Positions 17,730 through 22,778 of a stretch of DNA of 22,778 nucleotides are shown one piece after another. The position numbers and the translations under genes were made by a program. The stretch spans positions 1 to 22,778 of the forward strand of contig JBHICG010000058.1 in NCBI GenBank assembly GCA_046759445.1, written 5' to 3'. Each line of letters opens with the position of its first letter. The stretch's first letter is position 1. The notes under the pieces are model-generated. The model was not told the origin of the DNA and ran no database searches. It saw only the letters and a program-made list of their open reading frames with translations. Origin of the DNA: Candidatus Scalinduaceae bacterium (GTDB taxonomy: Bacteria > Planctomycetota > Brocadiia > Brocadiales > Scalinduaceae).

Positions 17730-18029
17730 ATGATGAAACGAAAAAACTGTTGGGAAGTAATGAAGTGTGGGCGTGAACCGAATGGTGAAAAAGTCGAAGA
17801 GCTTGGTGTGTGTCCGGCGTCATTATCTAATAAATATGATGGTGTTAATGGAGGCAAGTTTGGTGGTAGGTTTTGCTGGGCTGTTGCGGGCACTTTCTAT
17901 GAAGGAGAAGTGCAGGGCACATATGCAAGAAAACTTGTGAGGTGTCTTAGATGTGAGTTCCTAAAACAAGTACATGAAGAAGAGGGTAGGTTTTTCAAGT
18001 TGGTTCCAGAAGGTGTTATAAGAGAATAA
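17730..18029 (+). CDS. Stand-alone two-CW domain protein
   Basis: NCWEVMKCGRE...GVCPAS...GGRFCWAVAGT...VQGTYA..CLRCEF; probable start at ATG 17730 or 17733. Confidence 0.75.
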   Translation: MMKRKNCWEVMKCGREPNGEKVEELGVCPASLSNKYDGVNGGKFGGRFCWAVAGTFYEGEVQGTYARKLVRCLRCEFLKQVHEEEGRFFKLVPEGVIRE

Positions 18030-18145
18030 GACAAGTAGGTACAACAAAGCACTGTACCTGACCGCCATTTCGCTGTGCTCCATAGAGTCCCATAGCTAGA
18101 GCAATCTTGTAGATTGCTCCAGCATGAATATATATTTGTATAGAA

Positions 18146-20980
18146 ATGACCATTAAGAAAAAAATATTATTCTGGTTTTTAATTCCTTCTATCATAATCA
18201 CAACTTTTACGTCAGCATTATGCTATTACTATATTCAAAAAACTGTGAAACAAAATATCTTTGATCAATTAGATATAGCTGCAGATGAATTACAGAAACA
18301 CATACAATTTTTCTTGAAAGAAAAGATGGGGAGGACAGTTGATTACGGTTCCGATGGTTTCATAAGGATGTGTACAGAAGAGATTACGATGAAAGAAAGT
18401 CGTAGAAAACATTACATCTCCATATTAAAAGACCATCTTATTACGAACAAGAAGTCCCTCGACCCTAATATCCTTGAAATACTTGTTGTTGATTTTAATG
18501 GTAAAGTAATAGCATCTACTGATGAAAACCGCATAGGTGAAAATGTTTCAAAAGAAAAATACTTTACGGAAGTAGAACACTTAAATGCATTTGTCGGCGA
18601 CCTGCATTATGACAATCTTTTGAAAGAAATCGTAATTAATTTTTCTACAGTGCTTTTTAGTAAGATTGGGCTGGAATCTATCGGAGTCATAATCAACCGA
18701 ATCAAGGTTGGGCGGAAGGATGGCGGAAAAACAGGCAGTACGTTAGTTCAACAGGATTATGAACGGTATTATTCCCAATTAGTAGCCGTAAATAAGGCGC
18801 GCATAATGGATTTTAGCTCTGACGGCTTTATCAGGGATTGCGCGGAAGAGGTTGCAAAAAGAGATGATAGAACTCAATTTTACGTAGAGCGTTTAAATAT
18901 GCATCTTGCCTTAAACAAGCAACCTCTTGATCCTGATATTATTGCAATCCTTGTCGTTGATTTTGACGGTAAAGTAATTAGTTCAACAGAGATTGGCCAG
19001 ATAGGTCTAGATGTCTCAGATGAAAAAAGTATTATGAAGGCAATGAAAAGAGGTTCTCACATAAGCGATTTGCGTTATACTCCGGGATTAAGACAAAATA
19101 CGTACTTTGATGTGGCAAGATTGCTTTTAAGTAAAGAGGAACAAAATCCTATTGGCGTAATAGTTAATAGATATAAAGGAGACACCCTTGGAACAATTAC
19201 TCGAAGTGGGAGTGCGGGGGAATTGGGGCAGATAAAAAAATTGGGAGGCATGGAGAAGACGTGTAAATTGTATATCATAAATAGAGATAAATTAATGATT
19301 ACGGAATCAAGATTTGCAGAAGATACCATTTTTCAACAGGTCATAGACACAGAGGGTGTTAGGGCCGCATTCGATAATGGAGCAGGAGTGACTGGTATAT
19401 ACCTTGATTATAGAGGTATACCGGTACTTGGCGCTTCCAGGTATATTGAAGACATGGATTGGGTTGTACTGGCGGAAAAGGATGTCTCGGAGGCATTTGC
19501 TCCTGTTGTGCGTTTACGTAATTTTATCATAATTATGGGGATAACGGGCATTGTGGTTATAGTGGCGGTTGCAATCTTTATTTCCTCGGGGATAGCAAAG
19601 CCTATCAAGAAACTGACTGAAGGGACTAGAAGGATAGCAAGTGGTGATTTGGAACATTCAATAACAATTGATAGAAGGAATACCGAAATAAAAGAACTGG
19701 GCGAATCATTTAATTCGATGATGGGCAAACTAAAGAAATCTAAAGAAATAAATAATCAACTGTTCTTACAGGTGAAACGTGGAAGAGACGAATGGCAGAA
19801 GACCTTTGATGCAATTACGGATATTATAACTGTGCATGATAAGGATTTTAGGATCCTTAGGGCGAATAAGATATTTTATGAAAAGTTTGGCATTGACAAA
19901 AAAAAGTTAAATGAAAAGAAATGCTATGAGATATTTCACAGTACTGATAAACCGTGGAATAATTGTCCACTTGAAAGGAGTGTAACAAGCTTAAAACCAG
20001 AGTGTGAAGAAGTAAATGACCCCAACATGGGCGGAAGCTACCTTATATCTACCTACCCTCTTGAAAAAGATGAAAAAGAAGAAGCTTATAGTTTTGTACA
20101 TTTAGCTAAAGATATAACCTTACAAAGGAGATTACAGAGGCAGTTAGTCGAGAAGGCAAATGAATTAGAGAACGCGAACAGGGAATTGGAAGATTTTGTT
20201 TATATCGTCTCGCATGACCTGAAAGAACCTTTGTTTGCAATCGAAGGTTATACGTCAAGGTTGCACAAGGCATGTAAAGATGCTATTGGTGATAAAGAGA
20301 AATATTACATAAATAGGATTAAGTCAAACTTAAAAAAAATGTCTCAGAATATCAGTGAAATTATGGAGGTCTTAAAGATTGGCAGGATTGCATATGAATT
20401 CAAGAAAAATGATATCGGAGTTATTGTTAAAGATACTGTTAAAATGCTGGAGAACAGGATAAAGGCCAAAAAAATTGATGTCTCAATACAGGATAATCTC
20501 CCTGTAGTATTGTGTGATAGAGAGAGGTTAAGAGATGTATTTTTAAATTTACTCACAAATGCAATTAAGTTTATGGGGAGCGCCAACTTCCATAAATCCC
20601 CCCTTCCCCCCTTTAGGTGCGATTCAGAGAATCGCCTAAGCAATTCTGCGAATTGCCGTAAAGGGGGGAGTAAGGGGAGATTAAGGAAGATCAAGATTGG
20701 GTGTAACAAAAATGGAGAAATCTGTAAATTTTTTGTTGAGGATACAGGCATCGGAATTCTACCAGAACATCAGAAACATATTTTTAAAATATTCAGAAGG
20801 CTAAAAGATGTGGATGCAGAAGGGTCTGGAGTTGGGTTGGCTATAGTAAAGAAGATAATTGAATTACACAAGGGAAAAGTCTGGGTAGAAAGCCCGTTTA
20901 ATGGGGGAAGAGGTTCAAGATTTTGTTTCACAGTGCCAATGTCGAGAGATATTCCAGACCAACAGGATATAAAGTCCTAG
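18146..20980 (+). CDS. Sensor histidine kinase (duplicated Cache-like periplasmic region, HAMP, PAS, HisKA, HATPase)
   Basis: Two TM segments, HAMP (PIKKL..EIKELGESFNSM), PAS (TFDAITDII..RAN), H-box SHDLKEPL, NLLTNAIKF, DTGIG, GSGVGL. Confidence 0.93.
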   Translation: MTIKKKILFWFLIPSIIITTFTSALCYYYIQKTVKQNIFDQLDIAADELQKHIQFFLKEKMGRTVDYGSDGFIRMCTEEITMKESRRKHYISILKDHLITNKKSLDPNILEILVVDFNGKVIASTDENRIGENVSKEKYFTEVEHLNAFVGDLHYDNLLKEIVINFSTVLFSKIGLESIGVIINRIKVGRKDGGKTGSTLVQQDYERYYSQLVAVNKARIMDFSSDGFIRDCAEEVAKRDDRTQFYVERLNMHLALNKQPLDPDIIAILVVDFDGKVISSTEIGQIGLDVSDEKSIMKAMKRGSHISDLRYTPGLRQNTYFDVARLLLSKEEQNPIGVIVNRYKGDTLGTITRSGSAGELGQIKKLGGMEKTCKLYIINRDKLMITESRFAEDTIFQQVIDTEGVRAAFDNGAGVTGIYLDYRGIPVLGASRYIEDMDWVVLAEKDVSEAFAPVVRLRNFIIIMGITGIVVIVAVAIFISSGIAKPIKKLTEGTRRIASGDLEHSITIDRRNTEIKELGESFNSMMGKLKKSKEINNQLFLQVKRGRDEWQKTFDAITDIITVHDKDFRILRANKIFYEKFGIDKKKLNEKKCYEIFHSTDKPWNNCPLERSVTSLKPECEEVNDPNMGGSYLISTYPLEKDEKEEAYSFVHLAKDITLQRRLQRQLVEKANELENANRELEDFVYIVSHDLKEPLFAIEGYTSRLHKACKDAIGDKEKYYINRIKSNLKKMSQNISEIMEVLKIGRIAYEFKKNDIGVIVKDTVKMLENRIKAKKIDVSIQDNLPVVLCDRERLRDVFLNLLTNAIKFMGSANFHKSPLPPFRCDSENRLSNSANCRKGGSKGRLRKIKIGCNKNGEICKFFVEDTGIGILPEHQKHIFKIFRRLKDVDAEGSGVGLAIVKKIIELHKGKVWVESPFNGGRGSRFCFTVPMSRDIPDQQDIKS
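20595..20682. repeat. C-run/G-run repeat with nested double-hairpin insert, inside the kinase ATPase domain
   Basis: AATCCCCCCTTCCCCCCTTTAG[GTGCGATTCAGAGAATCGCCTAAGCAATTCTGCGAATTGCCG]TAAAGGGGGGAGTAAGGGGAGATT. Confidence 0.85.
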
Positions 20981-21097
20981 GTAATTTTGAATTTTAGAAT
21001 TCAGATTCTGGGTTCGCTAATATCTAAAAATTTCGCTATCTGCAATCGTTAATCTAAGATCGTTGTTGTCTTTGTGTTTTCCATGGGGAGGCAGAAC

Positions 21098-21544
21098 ATG
21101 AACTATGATGAAAATAATTCTATGAGTAATTCTTTGAAACAGGGAGAAGTTTTGCTTATTGAAGATGACCCTGACCATGCAGAACTAATTATTGACATAC
21201 TTAAGATGGAGGGTCTTGAAAAGGATATCATCCTGCTGAATGATGGACAAGAGGCTATAGATTACTTTCAGGAAAAGAATATTGGTGATAATGGTGTGAA
21301 ACTTCATCAGATTGACCTGGTTATATTAGACCTTAATTTGCCAAAAGTTCATGGGATTAAAGTCCTTAAATTTATAAAAAATAATCCGAAGTATTGTTCA
21401 GTCCCGGTGATTATTTTGTCAACAAGTTCTGACCAGGTAACTATTAATAAGGCATTTAAGAATGGAGCTAACGGTTACATAACGAAGCCTATTTCTTATG
21501 ATGAATTTGTTGAAAAGGTGAAAATCCTGAAAGAATATTGCTGA
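21098..21544 (+). CDS. Single-domain response regulator (Rcp1-like receiver)
   Basis: LLIEDDPDH, VILDLNLPK, VIILSTS, YITKP; GGGGAGG RBS before ATG 21098. Confidence 0.9.
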   Translation: MNYDENNSMSNSLKQGEVLLIEDDPDHAELIIDILKMEGLEKDIILLNDGQEAIDYFQEKNIGDNGVKLHQIDLVILDLNLPKVHGIKVLKFIKNNPKYCSVPVIILSTSSDQVTINKAFKNGANGYITKPISYDEFVEKVKILKEYC

Positions 21545-21547
21545 CAT

Positions 21548-21564
21548 GGGGTCAGACCTCAACA
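21548..21564 (+). repeat. Third copy of the HUH-element TIR, cut off by the IS1182 insertion
   Basis: GGGGTCAGACCTCAACA, identical to 4868-4884. Confidence 0.85.
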
Positions 21565-21652
21565 GGCTGTCCGAGAATAGCAAGAAGCTTTATGTCCAAA
21601 GGGATTTCCCGACCCTCTAAACAAAAAGAATCCTATAATTTGTATAATTGGA

Positions 21653-21680
21653 TTGTCTAAAGTGCAACATATGATATAAT
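21653..21680 (+). promoter_or_regulatory. Putative sigma70 promoter of the IS1182 transposase
   Basis: TTGTCT-16 nt-TATAAT with extended -10 TG. Confidence 0.5.
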
Positions 21681-21820
21681 TCTCATTGATGAAAACAGCG
21701 AATGTAAATACACAGAAACAATTGCTTCTATTTCCTGAATCATCCACAATATCTATTAAGTACCCATCAAATTCATTAAATACCCTATCTATCAATAACC
21801 ACCATTGGAGAATTAATCAC

Positions 21821-22778
21821 ATGTCTAAATTCAAACCGTTTTACGAATTTCAAAAACCTCTGGTAGGACTTAGTCCTGAATCGTTTTTGGATTACATAAA
21901 CACGGTAATTCCAGAAGACCATCTATGCAGATTGGTGAGGCAAGTAGTATTTTCATTAGATACGGAGCTCATAGAATCCAAATATTCATTTTTAGGTCAA
22001 AACACCTATCACCCAAAGTTGCTGCTAGGTTTATTGTTTTATGGATATGCAACGGGAGTACGGCGTAGTCGGAAGTTAGAGGAGAGATGTATAAGCGATC
22101 ACATTTACATATATTTAATGCAATGTTACAGACCTGATCATCGAACGATTAGCGATTTTCGGAAGAATAATCTAGAAGAGATAGAGAGATATTTTGTAGA
22201 GATAGTACGGATATTCAACAAATTAGGATTTGCCAGGGTGGGGAAGATATATATAGATGGGGCGAAGATCAAGGGTAATGCGTCAGCGAAGCGAACCAAA
22301 GATCAAGCTGGATTTGAGAAATGGTTATCTAATATCAGAGAAGAGATAACTGATCTAATGAAGGAAGTAGAAGCTATAGATAAGGAAGAAGACGAGAGAT
22401 ATAAAGCAGAAGCTGCACAGGAATTGTTAAAGAAGAGGTTGTCAGGACGAGAATATTTGAAAGAGAAGATAGAAGACGCCTTAAAGGAAATGAAAAAAGA
22501 GGATAGAAAGAAGATAAACCTTACAGATTCAGAAGCTAAGCATATGAAAGCAGGAGGGAGCAAAGATATTCGTCCGGGATATAACTGCCAGGCGGCAGCA
22601 ACAGAGGAAGGTGTCATTGTGGCCGTGGATGCAGTAACAGAGGCAAATGACCATGGCCAGTTAGAGCCAATGATAGAGCAGACAGAGTCAAACACCGGGG
22701 AAAAAGTGGACGAAGCGTCTGCAGATAGTGGATATGGTGGTTATGCAAGTTGTGAATATCTTGAGAAAAGAGGGATAG
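21821..22778 (+). CDS. IS1182-family DDE transposase, 3'-truncated by window edge
   Basis: Manual translation: IPEDHLCR, YHPKLLLGLLFYGYATGVRRSRKLE, PDHRTISDFRK, IDGAKIKGNAS, GYNCQ, NDHGQL, ADSGY; absent from the ORF track. Confidence 0.92.
   Translation, partial: MSKFKPFYEFQKPLVGLSPESFLDYINTVIPEDHLCRLVRQVVFSLDTELIESKYSFLGQNTYHPKLLLGLLFYGYATGVRRSRKLEERCISDHIYIYLMQCYRPDHRTISDFRKNNLEEIERYFVEIVRIFNKLGFARVGKIYIDGAKIKGNASAKRTKDQAGFEKWLSNIREEITDLMKEVEAIDKEEDERYKAEAAQELLKKRLSGREYLKEKIEDALKEMKKEDRKKINLTDSEAKHMKAGGSKDIRPGYNCQAAATEEGVIVAVDAVTEANDHGQLEPMIEQTESNTGEKVDEASADSGYGGYASCEYLEKRGI

Larger units (their letters stand above)
21565..22778 (+). mobile_element. IS1182-family insertion sequence (left part)
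   Basis: Begins GGCTGTCCGAGAA where TIR homology stops; carries an IS1182-type transposase; exact end +/- 2 nt. Confidence 0.75.

Noticed and set aside
10506..20751. Numerous short antisense or alternate-frame ORFs within the MCP, cheW and kinase genes
   Set aside because: Fully overlap well-supported genes and show no motifs
20981..21062. Degenerate heptamer-like repeats between kinase and response regulator
   Set aside because: Too degenerate to define a unit
21559..22695. Minus-strand ORFs 21559-21795 and 22303-22695
   Set aside because: Antisense shadows of the IS1182 left end and transposase

Overview
AT-rich bacterial window; gene content and repeat style suggest an anammox (Brocadiales/Scalindua-like) or similar anaerobe, which is inference only. 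Left: mdh (partial) followed by sdhD-sdhC-sdhA-sdhB, with a frameshifted DUF559 endonuclease gene flanked by C-run/G-run hairpins inserted between sdhA and sdhB. Next is an HUH (Y1, RAYT-like) transposase bounded by terminal inverted repeats. Middle and right: a signalling cluster with a duplicated enhancer + sigma54 + sigma28 promoter module, a REC-HDOD protein, an orphan IS630-type HTH gene behind a terminator, two MCP-cheW units (one with two NarX/McpN-like PilJ domains), a two-CW protein, a Cache-HAMP-PAS histidine kinase and its receiver. An IS1182 element runs off the right edge. The most striking signal is a set of small mobile repeats: an HUH transposase with TIRs plus a matching internal-deletion MITE, DUF559-linked hairpins, nested REP/MITE structures, and three in-frame repeat insertions in signalling proteins.
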